Source of the DNA: Octopus sinensis
Taxonomy: Eukaryota
Length of the DNA: 64,000 bases
Reading direction: 5' to 3'
NCBI RefSeq assembly: GCF_006345805.1
Contig: NC_043000.1
Span: 70,928,001-70,992,000 of the forward strand
Below the pieces are notes generated by a model. The model ran no database searches, was not told the DNA's origin, and worked only from the letters and a program-made list of their open reading frames with translations. The position numbers and the translations under genes were made by a program. Positions 15,000 through 28,020 of this stretch are shown in pieces. Position 1 is the first letter of the stretch; each line of letters begins with the position of its first letter.

Positions 15000-17515
15000 A
15001 GTCAATATAAAGTCACCCGTTAACGAAAAAAAAAAAAAATAGTTTGCTGGGTGTTAACAACTGTGTAGAAAACGAATACGAAAAAAAATTAGGGTTAATG
15101 TTTAGATCTTGACCCGGAAATGAAAATAAAAAAAAATACTGGAATGGATGTAAAACAATGTGTAGGAAACGAATATAAAAAAAAATGCGCGCAAGGCAAC
15201 GGGAGGATGGACTTCGGAGAATTCATAATATCCGAGTTTTCCCCTCATAACTTTTAGGAAAATGGGGCTCTTTCAATGAAACTTTATAGAAATACCATTC
15301 AAACGGCATACCTTGCGATTGTAAAGAAATTTGTGGGGAAAATCTTTTCCAAGGGGTGGGGAGAGGACTTCGGAAAATTCACAAAATCCGAGTTTTTCCG
15401 TCATAACTTTTAGGAAAATGGTTTTTTCAATGAAATTTTATATAAATACATTTGAAATGGCATACATTATGACTATAAAGTAATTTCTGGGTATCTTGTG
15501 AATTTTCCGAAGACCTCTCCCCACTCTCCCGTTGCTTTGCGCGCATTTTTTTCACTTCGTCACAGTATTTCTTTGCTATTTTTACTTTTCTTTTTTCAAA
15601 AGAGCTTGCTGTTATTTCTGCACTCATATTTTTTATAACTTTCAAAATAAAATATAAAACAAAAGATAAACACTTTAATTTCACATGAATTACTGCGGGA
15701 AATTACTCTGAAAGAAATCTTTGCAGAAAGGTGAGTAGATTGATTACATATTTCTTTCATTATGTTATCGCAGTTTTGTGAGATTTGGCTGTTATTTCTA
15801 GCATGTGGATAGCCTGCTTGAAGGCTAAGGCCGTAGAATTGGGAGGTGGTTGGGGATATTTTTTTTTTTGAAAAATTGAAATTCTACAAACAACTTTTGG
15901 TAAAATTACAGATTAACACCCGCACGATTTTCACTAAGGAAAAAAAAAAAAAACTCGGATTTTTTGCGTGGAATCAAAACGCAAAATTAATATATTTTTT
16001 GAAATTGCAAATTATTTAGAATATAAAACAAATGAAGTTAAATTTTAAAAATAAATGTCATATACTTATACTCTGTAAGGTGCTGTGTTCACACTTCAAT
16101 TTACTATTTTCTAGAAATGTTGCTTTTCTAATTGAAACCATTTTTAATTTGATAAATTCTACGGAATAATTTTGTGCGTTTTTTGATAAATTCTACGTAA
16201 AGAATTTAGTGCGAAAAATTTATACATTTATACACAAAGACCTGTTGAGGCAAGCGAAGTTGATATCGAACCTCATCCGACGACAGGCACCCATGCCAAC
16301 CCCCTTTGCTTGCGAAGACATGTTGGGGCAAGTGAAATCGAAATTGAACCAATCCTATGACTGGCACCCGGCAGATGCCAGGACCCCTGGACTGGTGGTA
16401 CGTAAAAAGCACTATCCGAATCGTGGCCGATGCCAGAGCCGCCTCGACTGGCACCAATCCGACCGTGGCCGCTGCCAGCCTCGCCTGGCACCTGTGCGGG
16501 TGGCATGTAAAAAGCACCCACTACACTCTCGGAGTGGTTGGCGTTAGGAAGGGCATCCAGCTGTAGAAACTCTGCCAGATCAGATTGGAGCCTGGTGCAG
16601 CCTTCTGGCTTCCCAGATCCCCGGTCGAACCGTCCAACCCATGCTAGAATGGAGAACGGACGTTAAACGGTGATGATGATGTGAAGAAATTAATTCATTA
16701 CGTTTACCAAATTATATACGTCTGTAAAAAAAAAAAAAAGTTTCACAAATTATATACGTTCGCGTTTGTGTAAAAAAAATTATTATTTAAGTTTTATAAA
16801 TTATTTACTCTGTTCAAAAAATATTATTAATATTAATTAATTTTCAAGAATTATTTAATTTATATAATTAATTCATTAATTTTATTCTGTAAAATAGTAA
16901 TTAATTCATTTATCTGTAAATCGCTATGTTGTCATTCAGGCAGCTAGAAATAGCAGCCAGCCAGGTTTCCCTCCAATAACACTTTATTGTCTTAAAAAGC
17001 AGAAAGGTATCTAAAAAATCGGTTTTTTTTTTGTTTTTGAGGTCAGGTTACTTGATTCCACGCAAAAAATCTGATTTTTTTTTTCCATGTGAAAGTTCCG
17101 GGGGAGGGGGTGTTCCCCCCCTTTCCGGACCAAAATATGGGATTTGCAGCATATTAGGAGGTCAGGGTACTTGATTCCACGCAAGAAATCTGAGGTTTTT
17201 TTTTTCCCTTGTGAAAATTCGGGGGGGGGGGTTACCCCCCCTTTCCGGAGCAATTCCGGACCAAAATATGGGATTTGCAGCATATTAGGAGGTCAGGGTA
17301 CTTGATTCCACACAAGAAATCTGAGGGTTTTTTTTCCCCCTGTGAAAATTCCGGGGGGGGGTTACCGGAGCAATTCCGGACCAAAATATGGGATTTGCAG
17401 CATATTAGGAGGTCAGGGTACTTGATTCCACGCAAAAAATCCGAGTTTTTTTTTTTTTTTCTTAGTGAAAATCGTGTGGGTATTAATCTGTAATTTTAGC
17501 CAACTTTTTTTCCGT

Positions 17516-17552
<37 letters not shown>

Positions 17553-18950
17553 TATAATACAAAATAAGAAAATGGAGAAATACACCTTAATCAATAATCA
17601 ACTACCAGATAATACCCATATATATATATATATATACATTTTCCTGAAAGTTATGTGGGAAAAATTAGATCTTGTGAATTTTCCGAAGGTCCTCTCCCCA
17701 CCCCCAGGTTCGTTTGCGCAATTTTTTTTTTCATATTCGTTTTCTGCACAGTTTTTAACATCCGGCAGGCTGGTGGGGTGGGTTCGTTAACGGGTGAGGA
17801 TCTTTATATTGACCAAATTCAGCATTTATTAACTCCAAACATTTTATGCCTAAAAAAATAATTAAAAATAGATTCAGAACCTGTATTTTGTTTGTACCGA
17901 GTTTCAAAAATAATAAACTCTGGCCCATAACCTTTTCCGTTACGCTTTGTTTACCGAAATTTCGAGGCCACTTTAGCATGCGGTCTACACAGTATTGTAG
18001 TCCACGCTATGAAATGATCTGATCTTGGTAAGGGTCAGGGGTTAAACTGCACACTAAAGTGACTCCAAAATTCCTTTCGATTTTTGTTTCAAATAAAGAT
18101 TATAATTCAAAATTTTCTTTTATTTTTTTTCATTTCCTCAATTTCTCAAGCTCTTTTATTGATTTAAAAAAATTCTTTTCCTATTATGTTGTTTTCGAAT
18201 CGTGTTTGAAGCATAAGAAATGAGGATTCTGGGGGAAAAAAAGTTTTTCAAAGTGGACGTGAAAAAGAAATAAATATTTGGCACTTTGAAAGCATAGAAA
18301 TGTGTTGATATTCTTTTTAATCTACCCACAGATTTTCTAACATTTATTGCTGTCCTGATTCATGCCATGTTGCACATAAAATATATGTCAAATAATAATG
18401 AGCTGTCGAAAGTACGACTAGGCAAATTAGCCGGTATTATTTGATTCTTTCACTCGCACAATTTTCACTAAGGAAAAAAAAAAGTCGGATTTAATTTTTT
18501 GTTTTTTTTTTTGGAGGGGGAGGGCCGGAACCCCTATATTGGGATTGGGATTTTTTTTTTTTTGCGTTGAATGAATTCTGGTGACCTCCTAATATGCTAC
18601 AAAACCTTCTTTTGGATCCGGAAAACGGGGTGGGATGTGGTGGAAGCCTCGGAAATTTCACCCCCACCCCTATTGATCTTTTCACCCGAACGATTTTCAC
18701 CAAGAAAAAAAAATCGGATTTTTTTGCATGGAATCAAGTACCCTGACTGATCTGCTAATATGCTGCAAACCCCTTATTTTTGTTCGGAAAAAAGGGGTGG
18801 ATGGGAAACCGGCTACCCCTATGTCCCGGAATCATTGGAAATTTTTTTCCCGTTGATTGAATTCCAGTGACCTCCTAATATGCTACAAAATCCTTTTTTT
18901 GGTCCCGTAAACGGGGTGGGGTGGAATCCTCCGAAATTCCATCCCTATAC
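15000..18950. repeat. Cluster of direct and inverted copies of two repeat modules (foldback-like)
   Basis: Module A: + at 15000-15430, - at 15490-15560 and 17640-17815. Module B (about 120 bp): - at 15895-15985, + tandem at 17030-17500, - tandem at 18450-18950. Confidence 0.75.
16232..16680 (+). mobile_element. RTE 3'-tail copy (truncated LINE or tail-sharing SINE)
   Basis: Matches the 7240-8190 tail: AAGCACCCACTACACTC...CCATGCTAGAATGG...(GAT)n. Confidence 0.88.
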
Positions 18951-19254
18951 CATTTTAAAATATATTTTGCTATTTCTTTCTTACCCATAATTTTAGATAA
19001 CATTTTGCCGAAATACGTTTTCAAGAGAGTGGCTTACATTAGATTGAAAATTCAAAGAAATTTAAAATGAATAAGTGAAAATGCAGAGGTTATAGAAGTT
19101 ATTGATAACGAAGTGTGTGGAGAGATAATGAACGATAAATTCATCTAAAAAAAAAAGCACGTTAGAGTTTTTGCATGTATGTGTGAAACGAAGTAGAAGT
19201 ATAATATTAAAACAAAAATATCTTTTTCCTACCTCTTAAAATGACTGTACCATT

Positions 19255-19478
19255 TGAGCGTGATCGATGCTAGTGCCATCTGACTGGCCCTCGTGCCAGT
19301 GGAACTTGAAAAGCACCCACTACACTCTCAAAGTGGTTGGCATTAGGAAGGGTGTCCAGATGTAGAAACCTTGCCAGAACAGACTGGAACCTCATTGCAG
19401 CTTCCTGGCTTGCCAGTTCTGAGTCAAACCGTCCAACCCATGCCAGCATGACAAGCAGACGTTAGACGATGATGATGT
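19255..19478 (+). mobile_element. Diverged RTE 3'-tail copy
   Basis: AAGCACCCACTACACTCTCAAAGTGGTTGGC...GATGATGATG. Confidence 0.8.
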
Positions 19479-19664
19479 CTCATTCACTCTCTCTCTCACT
19501 CTCTCTCCCACTCCCAACACAAAAATGAAACTCATTTTGGTGTCAAAAATTGCAAAGGGAAAATGCTTTAATGTTTTTCAAATCTAGTCTGCAATCTGTG
19601 ATTTTTTTTTTGCACATTCGAAATCTCTGCAGTCGAAAAGGTGGGTTTCTGTAGGAAAAAAACC

Positions 19665-20510
19665 GAAAGTGGGGGGTGCAGTCCATGATATCAATCGCCC
19701 TCCTGAAATCGTAACTCCACCGTCGTGGAGGCCTTCCAAGTGGTCGTTTCCGCTCATTTGGGTACCACTCGACAACTGCGCGGGTCCACCGATTATCGGT
19801 GAGCCGGGCGACGTGTCCAGCCCATCTAAACTTGCTGCGTGTATATTCTATGATGACATCCCTCACGCCGGACTTCTCTCTGATGACCTCGCTACTGATG
19901 TGCTCTCTCAACGAGATTCCAAGCACTGAACTCTCTACGGCTCTTTGAACCGTTACCAATCTCTGTTCTTCTCTCTTTGTTGTAACCCATGTTTCACTAC
20001 CATATAACATTGCAGGTAGAACTGTGCTATTGATGAGGTTGGCGCGGGTGATCCTGTCCAACCTTCCCTTGAGCACATCCTTTATGCCATTAAACGCCTT
20101 CCATCTGGCCCTTACTCTCCGTGAAATCTCCTTTTCGATATCTCGGCACATATTCACTTCCTGTCCCAGGTAGACATATTCCTTTACCTCCTCTATTTCA
20201 TCAATGCTGATCACCTGTTGGTGTGTTGTGAGACCGCATGAACTTCGTTTTCATGCGGTTCATCTTGAAACCTACTGCAGAGCTTTTGATGTTGAGCTCC
20301 GTCAGTATAGTCTGAAGCTGATTCATGGTTTCAGCGACGATTACGATGGTGGGTGAGTAGCTCACCATTGATGTTGACACCGCCTTGCCAGTCGATGCCT
20401 CTGATGATCTGCTTGAGACATGTGGTGAAAAGTTTTGGAGAGATCGTATCTCCTTGCTTCACTCGACCGGCATTTGGCCTTCTCCCTTCTCGACCGCCAA
20501 ATGCAGCGCC
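19665..20510 (-). mobile_element. RTE-clade LINE RT fragment of a second family
   Basis: KQGDTISPKLFTTCL...GVNINGE; IEEVKEYVYLGQEVNM...VLPAMLYGSETW...FRWAGHVARLTDNRWT...KRPLGRPPRRW. The FADD motif region is deleted. Confidence 0.88.
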
Positions 20511-21963
20511 TTATCCCTCTTCCCGTCAAAGATGCACACACCCATGCACGCTTATATATGTACGAGTGAGGGTACGTGTATATGCATGCATGTGGGTATA
20601 TGTAAACATACGTACACATGCAAGGTATATATACCTGCATATGCAGAGGCGATGACACATGCAAATGAGCGTATAAGTGAGCGTGTATGAGTGCATACGC
20701 ATGCGAATAAGGATTGTATATGTAACTTATCTTATATATACATGTATATATATCTTCACATACATATTTTCTCAGATTACTAAGCACTGAACTGCTATTT
20801 CCTTAATTCTTCATATATTTGCCCCCCATTTAAACTCTACTACTACACATTAGTCATGCCTTTACCTCTTAACCCCCTCCCTTCCTCTATCTTTTACACT
20901 ATAATACATTTCTCTTTCTATCCCCACTCCTACTTTCAAATTATCTCCACTGACCACTGACTGATCTATATCTTAGTTTTCTTTTTTCTTTATTCCATTT
21001 ATTCCTATCTTCAGGGTTTTTATTCTTTATTTTTTATTATTTCGTTATTTTTACTAATCTTCTCTCTCCTTCCTCTTTCATTTTTTCTTTCTCTCCTCTT
21101 TTTTCTCTTCCTTTTTTTTTATTCCTCTCTTCCTGTTTCCAATTTGACCAGACTAATACATTCCCTATTTCTAGGTCACTTTAAATACAAACCTTTGACT
21201 CAGTAACACTGTATATAAATTTCCTACTGGGAATGACCAAGTTTAAAAATCTGCTGGATCTCACTCATAAGGGAATCTGACATTGCTTATAAACTCTATA
21301 TTTGGAAGGACTCATATTAAACTCTGTTGGACTTTTGGATTTTACTCAAAGGATATTGGAATATTGCATATATACCATTATGCCTATAACACGGATTTAC
21401 AACTTCAATACCCATAAATATCTTGCATCTATTGGATCTTTTCCTTTTGAACGGCAGACAATTTCTAGTAACTAAACATTTTAAAACTTTGTATACTGGT
21501 AGAATGTGTCAAAATAAAACATTTTATAGATTTGTTAATTTTTCCTGAGAACAGCAATTTTTATTTTAGCTCACATCACAAATTCATAATTATAATCACG
21601 TATTCATTTTTTTGTTAGTCAACACCTGTGGATCTCCTGTGTTGCAAATGTTACCTAGGATTGATATCACAACTGATTCAGCAATTTCTGTTTTACACTC
21701 GTTTCACTGAGTTTTCATATATTTCGGGAAACTCAGATTTAGTATCATAGTAAATATTTTATTTAAGCATTGAGAAATATAGATAAACCTTGTTTCTTAT
21801 TCTCCTGCTTTTTCCTACATTTAGGACTACATTAGCCAATGTATCCATAAAAGATGGTGCATTTTCATGAATAGGATGCTTTTTCTTGCAAGTTTAGCAA
21901 CTAGGAAAAGATATTTCTTTCAATCTTGTTTTGCTGAATTCAATTTTTCCTGTGGCAATTCCA

Positions 21964-23117
21964 CTATTGATGGGTACCCAAAACAAACTAGAATTTTGCA
22001 ATATTATTTTATTCACTTTTATATGTTTACACTTTTATTGCATTTTCCACTGTTCAAAGCAAACAAATGCCTTTTAATGCCTCCATCACTTTTTTCTTCA
22101 CCTCTTCCACATCTGCAAAACGTTTCCTTTAAAGACTTTTTTCATTCGGGGGAACAAAAAATGTCACAGAGAACAAGACTGGGGGAAGAGGGTGGATGGG
22201 CAAGTGGGGTCATGTAATTTTTAGTCAAAAACTGTCTCATACTCAAGGCAGTGTGTGCAGATGCATTGTTGTGATGAAACTACCACTTTGTCATAGGTCA
22301 TGGTGTTTTCATCTCACTGTGTCACGCAAATGCTTCAGAACTGCCAAGTAAAATGTCTGATTAACAGTTAGACCAGGCGAACCAAATTATGTGTGGACAA
22401 TTCCTTTCATATCGATGAAACAAATCAGTATCCTCTTTACATTTGACTTCACTTGATGCATTTTTTTTTTTTTTGAGGGCATGATGACGTTGAATGCTTC
22501 CATTGACTTGATTGCTGCTTCGTTTCTGGATCGTAGCTGTAGCACCACCTTTCATCACCAGTAATAACCTTTAAATAAAGGTCCAGATCAACTTCCAACT
22601 GTTCTTTCAGTTGTGACTGCTTTTGATCTTCTGTGAGCAAGCAAGGTACAAATTTTGCTGCAACTCTTTACGCTCAAAATTCGTTGGCATGTGCGTCAGG
22701 ACACACCAGTCATATCAACAAGTTTGTCAATTGTTCAGCAATGGTCCTCCATTGAATTTTCGTAATGTTTTTGTTTGGGAGTGTGAAAACCACTCATTGA
22801 CTTGTATTTTGCTCATGGCAGTGTCCTTGTAAGCTATTTGAAGCATGACAACTGTTTCAGTCACTGTTTTCCCCAGCAGAAAACAGAATTTCATGGAATC
22901 TCACTGTTCCTTCATTTCATCCATCACAAAAATCAACAAACAGGAGAAGCACTACAAAACAAAGATGCACCATGTGACTGTACGACTTCATCTGGTGATG
23001 CTGGTCAGCAGACTGATGCCTGAGAGTCGCATCAAATGGCTTCTAGTGGTGGAAGCCTGAACTTCAACAGGCTTGTCTCACAGAACATTTCTGGTTACTT
23101 TTGGATACCCCCTTGTA
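21964..23117 (-). mobile_element. Degenerate mariner (DD34D-type) transposon
   Basis: VITGDERWCYSYDPETKQQSSQW, HHDNASAH and HPPSSP..CDIF motifs on -; TIR-like TACAAGGGGGTATCCAAAAAGT at the right end; left TIR degraded. Confidence 0.82.
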
Positions 23118-23509
23118 TAAACTCACCTATCTTTACCTCTGTACAATGTTGTTTCTCCACAGTCTAGTCTAAATTACCAAGGCGAGATGTATCTTGATAT
23201 TTGGGCAAACTTGCATTCCTTTATACATACATCTATATTTCTGTCTTTGAGACCTTTCTGGTACTGTAATTTATGTATCGTTGCAACTGAAGGCTGTATA
23301 TATGTCTATATTTACATGTAGGTATGTAAATATACAAATTTGCTTTTTGCTTATTTATTACCAGATAAGACCGGAGCCTGGTGCAGCCTTCTGGCTTCCC
23401 AGATCCCCGGTCGAACCGTCCAACCCATGCTAGCATGGAGAACGGATGTTAAACGATGATGATAGCTATAATGTCCTAAATTTTAGTAACGCTACATCTT
23501 TTGTTTCAG

Positions 23510-23740
23510 ATAAGCCATCATCTTCAGTATCCTGATGGCATAACACATGTATATTCTTACTTTGAGAGCAGAGGCGGAAAGTTTCCCCAGACTTTGTTTT
23601 TTGGACTTCAGTACATATTAAAAAGATGGTTGTGTGGCCAAGTTGTGACCAAAGAAAAAATTGCAGAAGCTAAAGAAATTTGCCAACTTCATTTTGGCCA
23701 AGACATTTTCAATGAAGAAGGTTGGAATTATATTTTAGAA
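23510..23740 (+). CDS. NAMPT: Nicotinamide phosphoribosyltransferase, first coding exon present in window (77 codons)
   Basis: tttcag|ISHHLQYPDGITHVYSYFESRGGKFPQTLFFGLQYILKRWLCGQVVTKEKIAEAKEICQLHFGQDIFNEEGWNYILE|gtaagt. Confidence 0.96.
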
Positions 23741-24020
23741 GTAAGTCTCCGTTTTATGCTAGTTGTTTTTGAAATGTTAACTATCTACTTCTACTTTCTT
23801 TAATAACAATACTCTCTGTAATTATTAACATTTATCTCTTTGCAGATGTGCTTGTTGTTTAGCTCCAGGTCAGCTTTGATCTAGCCATCCTTTTATAATC
23901 AGCTTATCTTTTCATATAACCAGAATCACATTGTCCACTGTATCCCTGTATAGGTCAAACTACCATGCAGAGGTTGTTTCATTGCATATGTATTTGCTAT
24001 CTCTATTATAGTCATGTAAT

Positions 24021-24236
24021 AAGGCAGCAAGCTGGTAGAATCGTTAGCATGCTGGGCAAAATGCTTAGCGGTATTTCGTCTATCTTTAATATTTGCATTC
24101 AAATTCTGCTGAGGTTGACTTTGGCTTTCATCCTTCTGGGGTCAATAAAATAAGTACCAGTTGAGTACTGGGGTCAATGTAACTGACAAGCCCCTCTCCT
24201 GAAATTGCTGGCCTTGTGCCAAAATTTGAAACCATT
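24021..24236 (+). mobile_element. tRNA-related octopus SINE
   Basis: GCTGGTAGAATCGTTAGC...TTCAAATTCTGCTGAGG...GATAAAATAAGTAC-type layout; related copies at 45604-45810 and 14480-14570. Confidence 0.7.
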
Positions 24237-24429
24237 ATCTTCATGTAATATCTTGTAATTTATGTAGAAGCAAGTTTTGAAAAATCTTTGATATTTTACT
24301 TGTTTCAGTCATTGGACTGTGGCCATGCTGGGTCACAGTCTTTAAGTGTTTTAGTCAAACAAATTGGTCCCAGTTCTTATTTTAAGTGTGGTTCTTATTC
24401 TGTTGGTTTCTTTTGTTGAATCACTAGAA

Positions 24430-24595
24430 CTCACTACACTCACGGAGTGGTTAGCGTTAGGAAGGGCATCCAGCCGTAGAAACATTGCCAGATCAGACTG
24501 GGCCTGGTGGAGACTTCTGGCTTCCCAGACCCCAGTTGAACCGTCCAACCCATGCTAGCATGGAAAGCGGATGCTAAATGATGATGATGATGATA
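24430..24595 (+). mobile_element. Short RTE 3'-tail copy
   Basis: CACTACACTCACGGAGTGG...CCATGCTAGCATGG...(GAT)n. Confidence 0.85.
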
Positions 24596-24724
24596 AACAA
24601 GCCAACACTGGCTGATAAGTGGGGGTGGAACAAAAATACTCACACATGTATATGTGTGTATATATATATATGTATGTATGTATATTTATATGTATGTATG
24701 TATGTATACTTATATGTATGTATG

Positions 24725-26300
24725 TATGTATATTTATAGATATGTATGTATGTATATTTATAGATATGTATGTATGTATATTTATAGATATGTATGTATG
24801 TATGTATGTATGTATATTTATAGATATGTATGTATGTATGTATGTATATTTATAGATATGTATGTATGTATGTATGTATATTTATAGATATGTATGTATG
24901 GATGTATATTTATAGATATGTATGTATGGATGTATGTATATTTATAGATATGTATGTATGTATGTATATTTATAGATATGTATGAATGTATGTATATTTA
25001 TAGATATGTATGGATGTATGTATATTTATAGATTTGTATGGATGTATGTATATTTATAGATATGTATGGATGTATTTATATTTATAGATATGTATGTATG
25101 TATATTTATAGATATATATGTATGTGTGTATATTTATAGATATGTATGGATGTATGTATATTTATAGATATGTATGGATGTATGTATATTTATAGATATG
25201 TATGGATGTATGTATATTTGTAGATATATATGTATGTATGTATATTTATAGATATGTATGGATGTATGTATATTTATAGATATGTATGGATGTACACTTG
25301 CGTCAGAAATTAATTAGCACCCTTGATTTGCTCTTCACTCAAGGTATGTGCTGTCACCTAGTGGCCATATCTCGAACTATTGCTTTGTTGCGAGTTCACT
25401 GTTGCGCAGAACGATGACGTAACTTTGTTTGCAGAGCAGTTTGAGAGTCTACAGCCTTATGATGTTGACATAACAGTGCAACAAATTGGAGTGCAGATGC
25501 AGACAAATCTTCCTTTGTTTAATAGATATAGGTAGCGCCTCGCAAGGACCAAAATCACACCATACTAAGTTTTCTCATTGCGTAAGACGTTTTGAACAGC
25601 TCATAGGTTAATTGATTTAACCTATTTAATGTAGAAATTTGAGAAGTGCTAATTAATTTCTGACGCAAGTGTATGTATATTTATAGATATGTATGGATGT
25701 ATGTATATTTGTAGATATATATGTATGTATGTATATTTATAGATATATATGTATGTATATTTATAGATATGTATGGATGTATGTATATTTATAGATATGT
25801 ATGGATGTATGTATATTTATAGATGTGGATGTATGTATATTTATAGATATGTATGGATGTATGTATATTTATAGATATGTATGGATGTATGTATATTTGT
25901 AGATATATATGTATGTATGTATATTTATAGATATATATGTATGTATGTATATTTATAGATATGTATGGATGTATGTATATTTGTAGATATATATGTATGT
26001 ATGTATATTTGTAGATATATATGTATGTATGTATATTTATAGATATGTATGGATGTATGTATATTTATAGATATGTATGGATGTATGTATATTTATAGAT
26101 ATGTATGGATGTATGTATATTTATAGATATGTATGGATGTATGTATATTTATAGATACGTATGGATGTATGTATATTTATAGATATGTATGGATGTATGT
26201 ATATTTATAGATATGTATGGATGTATGTATATTTGTAGATATATATGTATGTATGTATATTTATAGATATATATGTATGTATGTATATTTATAGATATAT
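24725..26300. repeat. Minisatellite, about 24-32 bp unit TATATTTATAGATATGTATG(G/T)ATGTATG
   Basis: Dozens of tandem units visible, split by a MITE. Confidence 0.93.
25295..25671. mobile_element. Tc1/mariner-type MITE, 377 bp
   Basis: Perfect 26-bp TIRs CACTTGCGTCAGAAATTAATTAGCAC (25295-25320, 25646-25671) and a TA target duplication. Confidence 0.92.
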
Positions 26301-27313
26301 ATGTATGTATATATGTATATATATATATGTATATATATGTGTGTATATCATATGTATATATATGGTAATATATATATGTATATATATATGTGTATATATA
26401 TGTATATATATGTGTATATATATGTATATATATATGTATATATATATGTATATATATATGTGTATTTATATGTATATATATATGTGTATATATATGTATA
26501 TATATATGTGTATCATCATCATCGTTTAACGTCCGCTTTCCATGCTAGCATGGGTTGGACCAATGTATATATGTGTTGTATATATATATGTATGTATAAT
26601 ATGTGTATATATACGTATGTAAATATATATGTATATATATGTATGTATATATATGTGTTGTATTATATATATATATTATATAATATATATATATATATAT
26701 ATAGATATATTATATATATGTATATATATTATGTATTACTATGTATTATATATAGGTATTGATATATATATAATGGATATTATATATATATGTATAGTAT
26801 ATATGTGTATATATATATGTATGTAATATCATGTGTATATATATATGTATGTATATATGTGTATATATATATAGTTAGTATATACAGTGTTATATATGTG
26901 TATATGTTGTGTAATAATATGTATATATATGTGTGTATATACTATATGATATGTATATATAATGTGTATATATTTATAAATATATATAATGTATGTGTAT
27001 ATATATATGTGTATGTTGTATATATATATATGTGTATATATATGTGTGTGTATATATATAATATATGTGTATATATATGTGTATATATATATATATGTGT
27101 ATATATGTGTATATATATATGTATTATATATATGTGTGTGTATATGTATATCTGATATATATATATGTGTGTATAGAATATATCTATGTATTATATATGT
27201 GTGTGTGTGTATATTATGTATGTATATATATATGTGTGTATATATATATCTATGTATATATATGTGTGTGTGTGTATATATGTATGTATATATATATGTG
27301 TGTATATATATAT

Positions 27314-28020
27314 CTATGTGCATACCTTCCTTCTTGTGACACTTGTGAAGACCTGTTGAGGCAAGTGAAAATCAAATCAAATCAAATCAAAACAAATCAA
27401 AATAGATGAACATCAATGGAATTTGTAACTTTGTGGTACCAGTGCCGGTGGCACGTGGCACATAAGAAAACCATCCGAACGTGGCCGTAGCCAGTACCGC
27501 ATCGACTGGCCTCCGTGCTGTGGGCACGTAACAAGCACCATCCGATCGTGGCCGTTTGCCAGCCTCATCTGGCACCTGTGTCGGTGGCACATAAAAACAC
27601 CATCCGAGCGTGGCCGTCTGCCAGCCTCGTCTGGCACCTGTGTCGGTGGCACATAAAAAACACCATCCGAGCGTGGCCGTCTGCCAGCCTCGTCTGGCAC
27701 CTGTGTCGGTGGCACATAAAAAACACCATCCGAGCGTGGCCGTTCTGCCAGCCTCGTCTGGCACCTGTGTCGGTGGCACATAAAAAACACCATCCGAGCG
27801 TGGCCGTTTGTCAGCCTCGGGCACCTGTGTCGGTGGCACATAAAATCACCCACTACACTCTCGGAGTGGTTGGCGTTAGGAAGGGCATCAGCTGTAGAAA
27901 CACTGCCAGATCTGACTGGACTGGTGCAGCTTTCGGGCTCCCCAGACCCCAGTTGAACCGTCCAACCCATGCTAGCATGGAAAGCGGACGTTAAATGATG
28001 ATGATGATGATGATGATGAT
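27314..28020 (+). mobile_element. RTE 3'-UTR copy with five about 61-bp tandem units
   Basis: Matches 55625-56123; long (GAT)n tail. Confidence 0.9.

Noticed and set aside
15427-15684. Lys-rich ORF MSAEITASSFEKRKVK... as a divergent gene
   Set aside because: Its 3' half is repeat module A, which recurs at 15181 and 17670; no splice or homology support.
15686-15736. AAG|GTGAGT donor as NAMPT exon 1
   Set aside because: The upstream frame reads RNLCRK, not DSYK, and the nearby ATG frame stops. A non-coding exon cannot be excluded.
23461-23475. GATAGCTAT (DSY) just before the NAMPT exon
   Set aside because: The GAT is the end of a retroposon tail, the next codon is Asn, and it is out of frame with the exon.
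27530-27845. True CRISPR array
   Set aside because: No unique spacers, no cas genes, eukaryotic context; units belong to a LINE 3' UTR.
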